Notes: generated from the letters alone by a model not told the origin. DNA of 64,000 bases from Cyanophora paradoxa CCMP329 (GCA_004431415.1 QPMI01000568.1:1-64000); one strand, 5' to 3'. Numbered from the stretch's first letter, positions 19,891 through 33,472 are shown. Numbers and translations: made by a program.

Positions 19891-22188
19891 CCTGCGCTGC
19901 GCCCGCCATGCTGCCATCTTAGGGTCCGGCGGTCCCGCCGCGTGCGGTGGCTGATGGGTGTTGTCCGGTGGATCCGGTCCGCCGCCGCCGCGCTTCCGCG
20001 CCGCCGCCGCCCGGCGAGCAGCGACGCATCTGCGTGACCGAAGGCCCGGGGCCCGCGCATGAGCAGCATGTGTAGTTTAGCGAGCGCTCTCGAGCTCTCG
20101 CTCTCTATAGCCATGTCTCTCGAGCTCTCTCTCTCGCCGCGCCTTGGCCATGGTTCCGGTGGCCTTCGCGGCTGAGGCTCCGCCAGTGCTGCAGCTGGCG
20201 GCGTTCTATGCGCTATTCGGGTTCCGCATACTGCGTGGATGCTCGCTGGCGGCTGCCGGCGCGGGCCGACTTGACCGCGCCATCGATCCTGCGGCCGTGC
20301 GCGTTCTCGCGGCGCTAGCGCCAAGTCCCACCAATGCTCCGATTTGCACCCCCGGTGGGATCATTGCAAAGCTGGGTACGTTACCTACTCGCCTGGGCCG
20401 CGGATTGGTCGATTTCGCGATCGAAAAAAATAGCGACCGCCGCCGCCGTGCCGCCGCGCCTTGCAAAAAAAATGGCCGTCGCGATCGATGCTTGGATCAA
20501 GGATTCCATGCTACCGGAGCTAGCGCTTGCGAAGAGCTTCCTAATGAACCTAACCGCGCCGCCAGGACATCGCTGGGTGTGGAGCTGCATCGCTGGCAAA
20601 CTCACAGCAAGTTTGCAACAAAACGAAAAAAGTCGCGGGGGTACAACCTTGTACCGAAAAACAAACTATTGGCGCCGGCTCAGAAAACCTTTAATCGAAC
20701 CGAGTCATATGTAGGTTGTATATACAGCGCTGCGTGACTCGGCTTCGCTTTCTCTCATACAAGCGTTCCGCTGTGTACCATCAATATCAGAAGGAATTAC
20801 ATCACTAAGAAGCGGGGGACAAAATTGAGAAAGATAAATAACAGGAAGAAGACAAGTAAGAGGAACAACAAGACGACATGGAGGCGGAGGCGAAGCAGGA
20901 CAATGCGAAAGGGCAGAGCTACGGCACGAGGTCGAGGAGGACACAGGAGGCGGAGCAGGCGGATCAAGAGCAGGCAAAAGAACAGTCAAAGGAATCACTA
21001 AAGCCAAAACTTTCTGCAAGCTTTGGAAAAGATTGTGCAAATATTTGCACCATATATATAGAAAACATTCCAAGCACCGCAAAATTTTTTAAAGCACTGT
21101 ATTTCTTGGCAAATAAGCGTCTAAACGAGAGATATAAGCTTTATAATGATACCTGTGAGTTTAGATTCAAAGTTTGCACGCGTTTAGTCTTGTTTTGGCC
21201 TTCTTTTCAGGTTCCCCGAGAGGGGGGTACCCATGGGCCATGGCCATCTAGATCTGATCTGAAGGAGGCGACCTTCGCCCTCCTGACATGTACACCCTTG
21301 TAACTCTATCAACTCTAGAATTATGTCAGAACCGAAGGGAATGCCGCAAGCAGCCGGTAGATCTTGCTCGTAACAGGCGGTAGGGTGGGGTGGGGAGGGG
21401 GGGTCAAGTGCAAATTATAATTAACTGAACGTTTTCTAGCTATAGGCCTAGGGTTGTAGCTATAGGATGGGGCCCGGTGCGGCGTGGCCCCGCCGCCGGC
21501 GCCGGGCCGGGGCTGCCGGCCGCGGGCCAGTACTAGTGCCGGCCGCGCGCGTCGACGTCGCAATTGCAAGTCCGACGGTCTCGCGACTCGGCGAATCTCG
21601 CGATCGCGATCGCCTGATATCGATGGCCCAGCTGCAGTGAATTCGAATCGGCAGTGATCTCGGACCGGATGGGCCGTGAAATCCCCACCGTAGTCTCTCA
21701 AAAAAAAGAAATTAATTATATAAATCTGCCGCCGATTTTATCGGCGTGATCCCCGTCACGGCGTTATGGCAGTCACCTGATCAGCCCGGGGCCCGGGCTG
21801 CCAAGCTGCCAGGCTTATAATCATCATCGGAGATTCGGAATCCGATGATCGCCGAGTCGATCAGATGGCTGCACAACATGTAGGTACACTCAGTGACTGC
21901 CAACTTGTCCCAAGGAGTGGCAGCCACTGGCATGCGCAGGCACTGGGAAGACTTGAAGAGTCAATGAAGACTCGACTTATATTATAAAAGACTCGACAAG
22001 CTTAAGGGGGGCTGATCATGATTATGAATTCGAAAACTCGACCGTCGGACAGCAGCGGAGACTCCGCCGGAGAGGACTCTAGATCTGAAGACATCGGCCG
22101 GACATTCCATGTTATAATAAAAGCCGTATTGAACAATACTTAAAAGATGACGAATATTAATTTAGGCACATGCATTTAGGCACGCCCG

Positions 22189-24770
22189 CTAGCGCTGGGG
22201 TCTGGGCCTTGGACGATTCAAATGGGCCCCGCGCAGGGCCAGGGCCCGCGGTGCTGGCCAAGGGCCTACTGCAGGGCGAAGGCGGCGCCGCCGGCGAGCT
22301 GGAGGCCGGCGCCGCCCTCGAGGCGGAGGTGCGGGAGGGGCCACATTGCCGCCCCCGTCCCCACCCGCTTCACCGCCCCGTAGACCTGCCCGCCCCCGCC
22401 GAGCCCGGGTCAAGGGGTGCGGCGGGGCCGGCGGGGCGGGCGGGAGATGCGGGCGCACCCAGTCGGAGAGGTACACGCCGACGTAGAGGTCGCCTGGCCC
22501 CGGCCAGTCAGGGCGCTCGGCTCGGGATCGGAGGGAGTGGGGCGGGGCGGGGCGGGGCGGCGGACCGGAGAGGGGGTCGAGGGCGACGGACTGGACGAAC
22601 TCGTAGAAGCACGCCGAGGTCCCCACTGCAGGCGCCCCTCGGACGAGAATGCAAGACAGAGAGTCGGAGAGGGGCGCGCGCACCGCCGTCGGCGTCGACC
22701 CAGGCGGCGGCGGCGCAGCCGGCGACCGTCACGACCTCCATCGTCTGCCGGCAGGCGGCTCGCGGTCGGAGGCGGGAGGAGGAGGGGCGGGGGGGCGCGG
22801 GGGCGGGGCGCCTTGAAGAGGACCGCGCGGAGGCCGTTGACGCTGTAGTCGGTGAAGAGCAGCGCGTCCGCCCCCGGCACGTACCGCGCGAACTGCATGC
22901 AGCCCGGGGCGGGGCGGGGCGGGGCGGGTGAGCGGGCGGGCTCCAGGCCCGGGCGGGGCGCGGGGCGCGCACGGCGGCGTCCCTGAGCTTGGCGGTCGCG
23001 CAGGGCCCGTCGGTGTAGTCGTAGCCGCCGCTGCCACGGCGCGCGCGGCGTCGCGGGCGGGCGGCGTCGGCCTCCGGGCCCGAGGGGGCCGGGGGGCGCA
23101 CGCGCAGAAGGTGCCGGAGAGGGCCTCCGTCCCGAGGTCGAGGTACGCCACCCCGAAGTTCCACCGCTGCCCGCCCGCCGGCGTCGGCGCCCGAGGGCCG
23201 GCGCAGGGCCCTCCGGGAGGCGGGGCGGGGCGGGCCGGGGCGGGCCGGCGCACGACCATCCAGAGGCGGTCCCTTGCCGCGTCCACTGCCAGGCCCGTCT
23301 GCGCGGACGTCGGAGGCATCATGGCGAAGCCCGGGGGAAGGGCCCCGGGAAGGCGGCGCTGGGGAGGAAGGCGAAGGACGAGGGAGGGTGGGGAGAGGGG
23401 TAGGCGAGGGGGTAGGAGAAGTTCGGGCGGATGGAGGCATGGGGAGAGGGACGGAGGGAGGGTAAAGGGGAAGAGGGAGGGGGGGGGAGCGGGGCTTGGG
23501 GGAAAGGGGGGAAGGGGAGGGGGGGGGGGGGGGCGCACGTCTCCGTAGTCCCCCGTGAGCACTAATGTGTAGGCCCCCGTCGCGACCGAAACCTGCGGGT
23601 ACGAGATTCGATTCCAGGGACCGGAGGGAGGACGGCGCGGGGGGGGCGCGCTGTACAGCGAACCTTGTACATGCCCGGATTCGTCCTGTTCGAGCTCGAT
23701 CCGCACGCGACCCACTGCGCTCGGGCCGGACTCGATTCAGCCGCGCAGGTGGACACGAGGGTACGGCGCGCAGCGGGCGGGGGTACGGCGTCCAGCGCAC
23801 CAGGTTGTTCCTCGCGGCGTCCAGTACGATGGTGTCGGGGTCCGTCGCGGGGATTACCGCCTGAGGGGGGTACGCGTCTCACGGACGAGAAACGCGCAAA
23901 AGGGGACCTAGAGGGGCGGCTGTAGTGTGGAGGCGTCGGGCCCGCCCGGGGCCGACTGGGGGGGCGCACGAGGGTGGACCAGGCCCCGGCGCGGGTGACG
24001 CGGAGGATGCCGCCGATGCCCCCGTGGTCCACCATCCCCACGTACCTGCCCCCGGCTGATCATGAGCCCAGGCGGTTCCGAAGCTGAGCTCGGGCGGAGA
24101 GGGGCTGGGGCGGACGCGGTGCAGGAGGCGTCGAGGGTCATGGACCAGGGCCAGCCCGGGGCCCCCGAGAGGTCCGCGACGCGCGACGCGGCGTAGGGCG
24201 GGGCCGTCTGCAGCCGCCAGAGCCCCTGCCCCGTCCCCGACGACGTCCACGGCTGCCGGCGCGGCCGGGCGGCCTCAGCAGCCGCAGCGAGGCGGCCACG
24301 CCGCGGGCCGGGGAGCGGGCGCGGGCACCAGGACCCAGTAGAGGGAGCGGTCGAGCATACAGAACTCCATATCCTGCCCGCCCGCCATCAGAGCTGCTGA
24401 GGGCGGCCCGGCCGGCGCCGGCGCTCGGGCGCGCACCGAAATGGCGGTGAAGCGCGTCCGCGTGCCTGTCGGCGCCGCGCTCATGATCAGAGCGGGCGCG
24501 CACGCGCCGATCCAGAGAAAGCAGCCGGCATAGGAAAGGCGCACCGAGGCCAGGCTGGTCGATGGGATAGGAGGCGTTCATGCTGCCCATCACGGTGACG
24601 ACGCGCGGGGGCGGCTGGAAGGGGACCTGCACGACCGCAGACGCGCCCCACGCGCACAGCAGCAGCGCCGTGGCCCGCAACAGTTCCCCCCGCGCCGCCG
24701 CCGCCGCCCGATCCCCCCCGCCGCTCGCTCGCGCTCGCGCTCCTCGAAAGGTGCGCTTCTTCATATGCAT
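22189..24770 (-). CDS. Host multi-exon gene, probable secreted/membrane protein of unknown function (envelope coordinates)
   Basis: Signal-like LLRATALLLCAWGASA and short coding-looking blocks separated by GC-rich GT..CAG introns. Boundaries approximate. Confidence 0.35.
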
Positions 24771-25326
24771 GCGCCTGGGATATATACGGGGCGCGCGGCG
24801 TCGCTGACCGCCCGAAACCACCACCGCAGAGTTGGAGAGCACTTCTGTTATGCCCCGAAGCCCGAGCCTTTGACTAGCTAGAGCTGTCGGCTGCGCATAC
24901 AGGCTGGTGAGCTGGCGACCGCAATTGCAAGGCGCGGTCCCTGGGAGGCTTGCAGCTGCGAGCAGTGGCACGAAGTCGATAGCTGCCCTAAAGCCTGAAG
25001 GTCGAGCCCGCGCGCCCGCACGTGAATTCGCGGAAACGCTCGGACGTGGATTTACGTTCGAGACATCTTGGAGCGCCTCGAATGGCCGGAGGCCCGGCCG
25101 CGGAGGGCGTCGCACTCACCGGCTGCTAGCTTGCTGCTGCTGCCAAGTCGAAGCGCACCGACTGACATCCACATGCACGTGTACCCCTCTACGAAGTAAA
25201 CTGTAACCAACGCGCCAGCTGACAGCCGATCAGCGTGATTGCTCAGTTTGTACATCGATATCTAGCGCTAGCTATAGCCTCAGTAGCGAGGCAGACGCGC
25301 CGGTAATCTCATCGGCGCCGGCGCCG

Positions 25327-26439
25327 ATGACTTGGTTCGCGGTTCGTGCTCCCCCCGCGAAGACCGAGCTCGCGTGCAGTCAACCGATCGAGCCTCTCCT
25401 CGAGCTCGCAGCGCTACAACAAGGCGGAGGAGGTGCCCGACGACCTCATTCGGGCGAACGCGAAGCTCAGCGGCACCTGCGTGCACGTACACGACGGTGA
25501 CACGATCCGCGTGTGGCGTGCGCGAGGTTTTCGACGCGTTGGGCCGCCCGCGCTGATCCCCCCGCGCGCAGACGAGCCGACGCTGCGGTGCGGGAGCATG
25601 CCGCGAGGCCGGCCGCTCCGCGAGGTCGCCCTCTCCATCCGCCTCGCCGGAATCGACGCCCCGGGTGCGCTTTTGGGCGCGCGCCTCGCCGGGCGTATGC
25701 CAGCGCCGAAGCTGAAGGTCGGGCACGCGTACGCGCGGGCGCAGAGATCGGGAAGGACGGGCGGCCGTCGCAGCCGGGCGCGGAGGCGAGCCGGGAGTGG
25801 CTGCGGGAGATGCTGGAGGGCCAGAAGGTGACCGTCGTCCTGCACAGAAGGGACCAGGTGCCGCCCCGGCCCTCCCGCTAGCTGCAGCCCTCCCGGCAGC
25901 AGCTTCGCACGCATGCATCCCCGGGCGCTCACGGCGGGGTGCTCGGCAGTACGGGCGGCTGGTGGGGACGGTGCTGGTGCGCAAGTGCCTCTTCAAGAAG
26001 AACGCGAGCGTCATGAGCCTGCGCAAGGGCATGTCCTCCATCTACAAGGGCGGTGCGCCCCGCGGCCGCCGCAGGCCGCCCTGCCCTCTCGTTCAGCTTC
26101 TGACGGGGCGGGGCGGGCGCGGGGGCAGGCGGGGCGGAGTACGGGGGCAGCCTGGAGGAGATGGAGCGGGCTCAGGCGAAGGCGAAGGAGAACAGGCGGG
26201 GCATCTGGGGCGACCCCAGCCACCAGGTGCGTGCGACGCCCCGCGGCGCCCCGACGCGGGGCGCCCCGGCCGCTTCAATGCCGGCCCGGCTCGGCTCGCC
26301 TGCTCATGCGCCGCTTCCGCCCGTCCCGCAGAGTCCGGCCGAGTACAAGAAGAAGCTGCGGGAGGAGCAGGCCGCGGCCGGCGGCAGGCCGCCCGGGGGC
26401 GCCGGGAACCGGACCGGCGCCGCGGCAAACGCAATATAG
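25327..26439 (+). CDS. Host staphylococcal nuclease (SNase/LCL3-like), multi-exon
   Basis: Exonic motifs VHDGDTIRV, IRLAGIDAP, RDQ/YGRLVG, AKENRRGIWG, SPAEYKK. Confidence 0.85.
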
Positions 26440-26872
26440 CCCCCTGCAGGCTGCCACTGATCTTGCCTAGACTGTGCACTTGCTCCTAGGGGCATCCATG
26501 CCAGCGGCTGGAATATCAATGCAAGGCCTATGGGCCGGGGGAATCCGGGGGTCTTGTTTGCATATGGATCACGGGCGGCTAGCGCTGGCATGGGAATTCG
26601 AAGCTGATCTCATGAGGGCCGGGCTCGCGATCGACGTACGCGTGGGGGTGCACGTTCGCGTGGGGGCGCCGGCGGCGCGCGGCCTCGAGCTCGCGCCGCG
26701 GGCCGGGCGCCACCGTGATATCGATATCATATGCATCATCGATATATCAGATCACGCTCAGCTGGTCGTCCTGGGGTACAGCGAGCGCTCAATCCAGACC
26801 TTATCCGCCTGCCCCGGTCAACAGCGCCGAATACGAACGGGGAGCTTGCCGGCAGCGCGCTGGTCTCAAGGC

Positions 26873-29800
26873 ATGCACGGCGCGCACGCCTACGGGATGG
26901 GGCTCGTGCAGGGCGCCGGCGGCGAGGATTTCACGATTCTGGAATCTGCGCCGCAGCCGCCAAGCGCAGCCGCCGGAGAACAGTCCGCGATCATCGAAGT
27001 CGAGCGGGAGGCGCTTCGCCCGTCGCCCTCGTCCGAGCTGGCGGCCGTCGGCCGGTGAGATCGATATCGGGCCCTGGCTCGCGCTCGCGCCGTGCGATCT
27101 TGCGATCGCCTCAAGCTCATCCGTTCGCAGGTCGGAAAAGGCAGCCAAGGATGCCGGCGAGCACACGGCCGCGGCGGAGCGAGCTCGCGCTCGGCGCTCC
27201 CAGATCCATCCACTCCTCAGCGCCGCGGCTCTAGATCTGGACCTGGACGTCGAAAACGACGCCGACGCGGGCGACCTCGATGCCAAGCCGATTCCAGGCA
27301 TCACGCACGGTCGCCGATCCTGGATCGTTCGCTTCCTCCGCTCCCTCGGGTCAGCGCGCGCGCGCGCGCGCGCCTGCTCGCGGCTAGCGCTAGCGCCGCC
27401 GGCTTACCTCCCGCGGCCGCCGGGTCGCCGCTGCTTGCGCAGGCCCGGGTTTGTCGTATCCGTCGGCTACATGGATCCCGGCAACTGGGCGACGGACCTC
27501 GCCGCGGGATCCGTGCGCGCCCCTTCGCGCCGCGAACCGGCACCCCGAGTCCCTGACCGCGCGGCCGGCATACCGCTTACCGCCCCGCCGCTAGACCTTC
27601 GGGTACATGCATCTCTTCGTCATCCTGCTCTCCTCCCTCGCCGCCATGTTCCTCCAGTCCCTCGCCGTGCGCCATACCCCCGCCCCGCTGCATGCACGCG
27701 TACCCCGGGCGATCGCGAGACGGCGCGGGCGTGCGCAGGTGCGGCTGGCGGTGGCGACGGGGCGGAACCTGGCAGAGATGTGCCGCACCGAGTACCGGCC
27801 CGCCGTCTCCGCCGTCCTCTACCTCCTCTGCGAGGCCGCCATCGTCGTGCGCCCGCACGCGTACCCCGATCGGAATCGCCCCCCCTCCACCGCTGATTCC
27901 CCTCTTCGCGAACAGGCGTGCGACCTGGCGGAGGTCATCGGGGGGGCGATCGCCCTGAACCTGCTCGGCGGCGTACCCCTCCCCGGCGGCGTCGCGATCA
28001 CGGGTCTGTCCCGGCCTGTACCCCCACGGGAGGCTCCGGATCGAAATCGCTGATTCCCCGTACCCCAGCGGGGTCCACGTTCCTCGTCCTGTTCGGCTTC
28101 CAGGGGCCCAACGGCCGCCGCTTCCTCGAGGTTCCCCCCCCCCCCCCCCACCCCCCCCCTCCCCTCTCCCTCTCCACCTCCCCCCCTCTCCCTCTCCCGC
28201 CCCGCCGACCACCGCCCCTCTTTCCCCGGACCCCCTTTCCCTTTCACCCAGATCAGCACGGCGTGCTTCGTGGCTACGGTCGGCATCGGCTTCGCGGTGC
28301 TCATCGGGTACACGAATCCCGACCCCGGGGACACCCTCCGCGGTGCGCGGCGCAGTACCTCGCCTGAGGGCACCCCCCCCCTGAGGCGGGGGCAGGGTAC
28401 GTGCCGTCGGGGACGCTGGTGACGAACTCGGAGGCGCTGTTCCTCGGGATCGGCATCCTCGGGGCCACCGTCATGCCCCACAACCGTCCGCCCCCGCGCC
28501 CCCGCGCTCTCGCCGCCCCCGCCCTCCCTGGGCCTAGGCCAAGGCTGGCGCCATGCCTGGCACATTATTAGCCCTCGAGGCTCGATCTATTGCAGTTGCA
28601 AGTGTTGCGTGCAGTGTGAGGACCCGGGATGATTCGGGGAATCACTAGCCTCTCGCGAGATGGCCTATTGGTAGAACTGCCGCCTTGACACCCCTTAGTC
28701 GTTGGTTCGACTCCGGCGGGTCGCAACGCGTCCATAACACAAGCTATCTCACCGCCGACAGCAAGCGTGACCTCCGCGCGGGGCGGGGCGCAGTGTACCT
28801 GCACTCGGCGATCGTGGGCCCGCCGGGGCCGTCCTCGCGGGAGACGCCGCGCTCGGCGCTGCGGCTGCTCACCGCCGAGTCCTCCTTCGCGCTGACCGCC
28901 GCCTTCTTCGTCAACTGCGCCATCCTCATCGTCTCCGCCGCCGCCTTCCACGCCACCGGCCACCAGGAGGCACGCCCCGGCCCCGCCCCTCAAGCTTGCA
29001 TTCAAGAGTTTATTATATGACCTTAATTTGCGCCTTCGATGCCGCCTCCGCGGCCGATTCCCCCCCCCCCCCCCCCCCCCCCCACGACCCCCCCGCGTGG
29101 TCGTGGGGGGCGCTGAGGGGCGCGGGGCGGGGCGCAGGTGGCGGAGCTGCGGGACGCGTACGGGCTGCTGGCGGAGCTCGTCGGGCGCTCCTCCGGCACC
29201 ATCTTCGCCGTCGCCCTCCTCGCCTCCGTCCGCACCCGCCCCCGCCCCCCGCCCCGTCATCCTCGCCGCCCTCTCTTTGAAATTTGAGATTTTACCCCCC
29301 CCCCTCCCCCCTCTCCCCCGCCCCGCCCCTGACTCGCCGTCGCCGTTCGCAGGGCCTCTCGGCGACAATAACGGCGACGACGGCGGGGCAGGTGCCGTCC
29401 CTCCCGCCCCGCGACGACAGCCGGGGGGGCGTTGCACGCCCCTCCCGGTCTGGGCTGATTTCGCGCTCGCGGCGGCGCCTCGCAGATCGTCTGCGAGGGC
29501 TTCCTGCGCCTCCGGGTCCGCCCCTGGGTGCGCCCATGGCCCGCCTCGCCCCGCTCCCGCGCCGCCCCGCGCCCGCTCCGTGCCTCGCCGGCCGTGCCGC
29601 CGACGGGCTCGGACGGGGGCAGGTGCGGGCGGCGCTCACGCGGGGCCTGGCGATCGTGCCCGCGATGGCCGTCGCCTGCACCGCCGGCGAGACCGGCCTC
29701 GGCCGCCTCCTCGTCCTCTCCCAGGTCCATCCTCCTCGTTCGCATCCGATCCTCACAGACGGCGCCCTCTGACTCGCAGCTCGCGCCGTGCGGCCGCAGG

Positions 29801-30055
29801 TGGTTTTGAGCCTGCAGCTGCCCTTCGCCGTCTTCCCCCTGGTCCTCTTCACCTCGTCGCGGCGCATCATGGGGGACCTCCGCGCCTCCCTCCCCGTCCG
29901 CGTGCGCCCCCCGTATGCGCATGCGCACCTTGTTTGGCTGCGGATGACGCGGGGCGCCGGCCGGGCAGGTGGTGGGCTTCGCTGTGGCGACGCTCATCTC
30001 GGGCCTCAACGCGTACCTCCTCATCAACACCTGCCGCGAGGGTCTCCCCGACTGA
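26873..30055 (+). CDS. NRAMP: Host NRAMP/MntH divalent metal transporter, multi-exon
   Basis: [68 protein letters not shown]; stop at 30053-30055; start approximate. Confidence 0.9.
28655..28725 (+). pseudogene. tRNA-derived sequence (degenerate tRNA or SINE head) in an NRAMP intron
   Basis: A-box TGGCCTATTGG (28661), B-box GGTTCGACTCC (28704), loop TTGACAC; acceptor and anticodon stems pair poorly. Confidence 0.45.
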
Positions 30056-30369
30056 AGGCCCCGGAGGCCCCGGCGGGGCTCTGCTGGCCGGGCATGGATC
30101 GAAGGGACGTCGACTGGCCATGGGCCGTGGGCGCGGCGCGGCGCCAGCGTGCGGGCCAGACGAAAGTCGAGAATTGACATGTACCGTACCGTAGTACATC
30201 TGCAGTCTCTAACTTAATGAAAATCCAAATGAAAATCCAAATGAAGTTCGAAGCGAAAGCTACAATTAATTCTCGGTTATGACTACAACAATAAAGCGCC
30301 GAACACCGTGGCACGCGTGCACGCACTAAGGCTAGATGTACAAATCAAACACTACGTAAATAAGCGTGA

Positions 30370-30787
30370 GTCGGTCGGTCTGTAGTGAACCTCACAGTTA
30401 AAACCCCGCATCGCATTAATAGACCTCATCGATAATCAAAGCAATTTACGATCGATTCCTTACCAATGCCCGATAGGAATCGTAAATTGCTCACTTTTCA
30501 TCAACCCTCGATCAAAAACCATGACCCCCTACCTATGCCTCTCATATATATCTATCGACTTTATTGATAAATCACATTTTCTCTCTTTACCCATGACCCC
30601 CTCCCTGTGGTTTTACTGTAAGATTTTATTGTATCTATACGGAAAAAAGGATATACTATATCCTTTTTTAATGATAGATCTACCTTGGGGATATCGAACA
30701 GTATCCATTGTTGAAAAACAAAGGAATCCTTTATTTCCACGAGATACAATAGAATCATACAGTAGAATGTCTATCGTAAAAAATGAC
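30370..30787 (+). repeat. Left terminal inverted repeat of element C
   Basis: Reverse complement of 57850-58256, apart from a few substitutions and a short divergent patch near 30495-30515; internal hairpin at 30441-30490. Confidence 0.95.
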
Positions 30788-31212
30788 CGGAATCCGGAAA
30801 GTAATCATTGTAGAAAGCTATTGTAATAAAAAAGGTAAATTACCCTGATCACCATAATAGAAACCCATCAAAACGGGAATCTATCATGTTTATGTCTCTC
30901 AGTCTTCTCAAATGTTAAGAAATTCATTGTTTTATCGATCTCATCTGCTACTGATTGTGTTTTATGCTGAGCTTCTTTACCACAACTGAATATATCAATT
31001 GCTAACATGCCTTCATTGGAATAACAATGAGCTGTACAATGGCTTTCATCTAATAGCAGAACCAAAGCAAAACCAGGAGGTGATATTTTGCCATCAAATA
31101 TCTCACAATGCTTATGAACAATCCTAATACCTTGTCTCAATACTGCTTGTTCAAGGGTTCCCATAATCCAATTACCTAGGAAGCTAACATGCTCATAACC
31201 TGTTGCTATAGC

Positions 31213-33379
31213 GAGGGGAGAGGGGGGTACGGAAAATTTACGGTAGCGCGACGATTACGGCGGCGCAGCGGGCCAGGTTTCCCACCCGTGGGTTCCTGAT
31301 AACGCTGCGTGTCAAGCTGCTCGGAAAGTCGCGCGCCAGCTCCACCCGACCCCCGTAGCCAGAACGCGCTAGATAGACCAGCCGGGCGTGCACGGACAGC
31401 CGACACGAGCACATCATCACCAATCGCAACCGCCGAAGTCGGTAGCCCGCCCCGGAGCGCCAGGCAGCCCCGCCAACCTCGCCGCGTCATCTTTTTTGAA
31501 TTCCACGGACCCCGGACCCCACCTGCGCCCTGCGCGGAGCGCAAAGCAATCGCCCTGCCTCTCCCGATAGACGATAAGAGCTCTTAAGCAACTGAACTGC
31601 CGCCCAGTCCCGCGCATTGCGCCCCGATGCTGACACTCACTCACTGCCTGTCACACCGCAGACATGAGCCGATCATCCACGGACGACACACCGGATGTCG
31701 CCGCCATGCCCGGCGAACGACGTAGACCGTGCTTGCGCGACGCTCGCCGGCGCCCAGGCCCCGCGGGCCCACGCCCCGCCCCCTTTCCCCGGACTGGGCC
31801 CAAAGGGCGCCCACCTGGACTCCTCCCCCCCGAGGCCGGTACAGAAGCGTGTACGCTCGGACCCCCTGCCCCCCGTCCGCAGTCCGAGCCAGACGAGGCC
31901 CGCCCGGACCCGGCCTTCAAGCCGGCCCCTGCCCTCCCGCTTCAGCGCCCCGCCCCCGCCCTCCGGCTCCAGCGCCCGCCCCGCCCTCCGCTCCAGCGCC
32001 CCGCCCCCGCCCTCCGGCTCCAGCGCCCCGCCCCGCCCCCAGCTCCAGCGCCCCGCCCCCGCCCCAGCTCCAGCGCCCCGCCCCCGCCCCCAGCTCCAGC
32101 GCCCCGCCCCGCCCTCCGCTCCAGCGCCCCGCCCCGCCCCCAGCTCCAGCGCCCCGCCCCCGCCCCCAGCTCCAGCGCCCCGCCCCGCCCTCCGGCTCCA
32201 GCGCCCCGCCCCGCCCTCCGGCTCCAGCGCCCCGCCCCGCCCTCCGGCTCCAGCGCCCCGCCCCCGCCCTCCGGCTCCAGCGCCCGCCCCCGCCCTCCGG
32301 CTCCAGCGCCCCGCCCCCGCCCCCAGCTCCAGCGCCCCGCCCCCGCCCCCAGCTCCAGCGCCCCGCCCCCGCCCTCCGGCTCCAGCGCCCCGCCCCCGCC
32401 CTCCGGCTCCAGCGCCCCGCCCCCGCCCCCAGCTCCAGCGCCCCGCCCCGCCCCCAGCTCCAGCGCCCCGCCCCCGCCCTCCGGCTCCAGCGCCCGCCCC
32501 CGCCCCCAGCTCCAGCGCCCCGCCCCCGCCCCCCAGCTCCAGCGCCCCGCCCCCGCCCTCCGGCTCCAGCGCCCCGCCCCCGCCCCCAGCTCCAGCGCCC
32601 CGCCCCGCCCTCCGGCTCCAGCGCCCCGCCCCCGCCACCCCTCTAAGTGCCCCGCCGCCCTAGCGCCCCGCCGCTCCCTCGCGCCCTTCCCCGTCGCCCC
32701 CAGCGCCCCGCCGCCCCCCCAGTGCCCTTCCCACGTCACCCCTCTCAGCGCCCCGCCGCCCTAGTGCCCCGCTGCTCCCCCGTGCCCTTCCCCCGTCGCC
32801 CCCGGCGCCCCTCCGCCCCCCAGCGCCCTTCCGCCGCCGCTTCCCCAGGGCCCCGCCCCCAGTGCTCCTCCACCCCTTAGCCCCCCGCCCTTTGCCCCGG
32901 CCCCCAGCGCCCCGCCCCCGCCGCCCCCAGCGCCCCGCCCCCGCCGCCCTCTAGCGCCCTGCCCCGACCCTCGGCGCCCCGCCCCGCTCCCGGCCCGTCA
33001 CCCTCCCGCCCGCCCCGCCCCGCCCGCCCCCAGCTCCCCGACCCCAGCGCCTCACCCCCGCCACCCTCCAGCGCTCCGTGTACCCCACTCCCTGCCCTTC
33101 TCCCCCTCCCTACGCCTCGCCCCCGCCGACCCCCAGCACCCCGTGCGCCTCGCCTCCCCCTCCCCCCTCTCTTCCACAGGGCCAAGGACACCAACGCATC
33201 AGGCCCTCCTAAAGCTGTAGATCGATAGCTCACAGCTAGGATAAGATAGCAGGACGTCTTCCTTCTATGCCGCAGAGCATTTGCGCTAGCCTAGGCGCCC
33301 CCCCGGTCGACGTCACCGACGGGGCGGCGGTTGTTGTCCTTAATACGAACATTGCCCGGTTGGGCTTTTGCAAAAAAAA
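31213..33379 (+). mobile_element. Non-autonomous non-LTR retroposon (SINE-like) with GC-rich tandem repeats
   Basis: 16-bp TSD AACCTGTTGCTATAGC (31197-31212, 33380-33395), A-tail, 3' stem-loop GCCC-GGTT-GGGC, no credible ORF. Confidence 0.9.
31920..32640. repeat. GC-rich tandem repeat, ~23-29-bp units with core CTCCAGCGCCCCGCCCC
   Basis: Direct tandem repetition. Confidence 0.9.
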
Positions 33380-33472
33380 AACCTGTTGCTATAGCTGATT
33401 TAGCCTTGTAATCAAGCATAACATGAAAGCCTCTGTATTTAGTCTCCATTAAGAATACCTTAGAAAAATTAA

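Larger units (their letters stand above)
30868..33449 (-). pseudogene. speD: S-adenosylmethionine decarboxylase interrupted by a retroposon
   Basis: Removing 31213-33395 restores the frame METKYRGFHVMLDYKAKSAIATGYEHVSFLGNWIMGTLEQ...LLLDESHCTAHCY. Confidence 0.9.

Noticed and set aside
19000-20037. Long Gly/Ala/Arg/Pro-rich ORFs (also 31664-32764 and many in 22-30 kb)
   Set aside because: Artefacts of stop-poor GC-rich repeats and introns, open in several frames on both strands.
20334-21303. Possible gag/ORF1 or other TE protein
   Set aside because: No recognisable motif (no CCHC knuckle, no LTRs); a call cannot be supported.
30366-30370. Target-site duplication for element C
   Set aside because: Flanks (GCGTGA / GAGGCA) give no clean 5-6-bp TSD; a 4-bp TGAG/CGAG match requires a mutation and a shifted end, so it is unsupported.
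30521-30826. 101-105-aa ORFs in both TIRs (also 57799-58116)
   Set aside because: Duplicated only because they lie in the TIR; C-termini differ, no motifs, and one overlaps the RING gene start.
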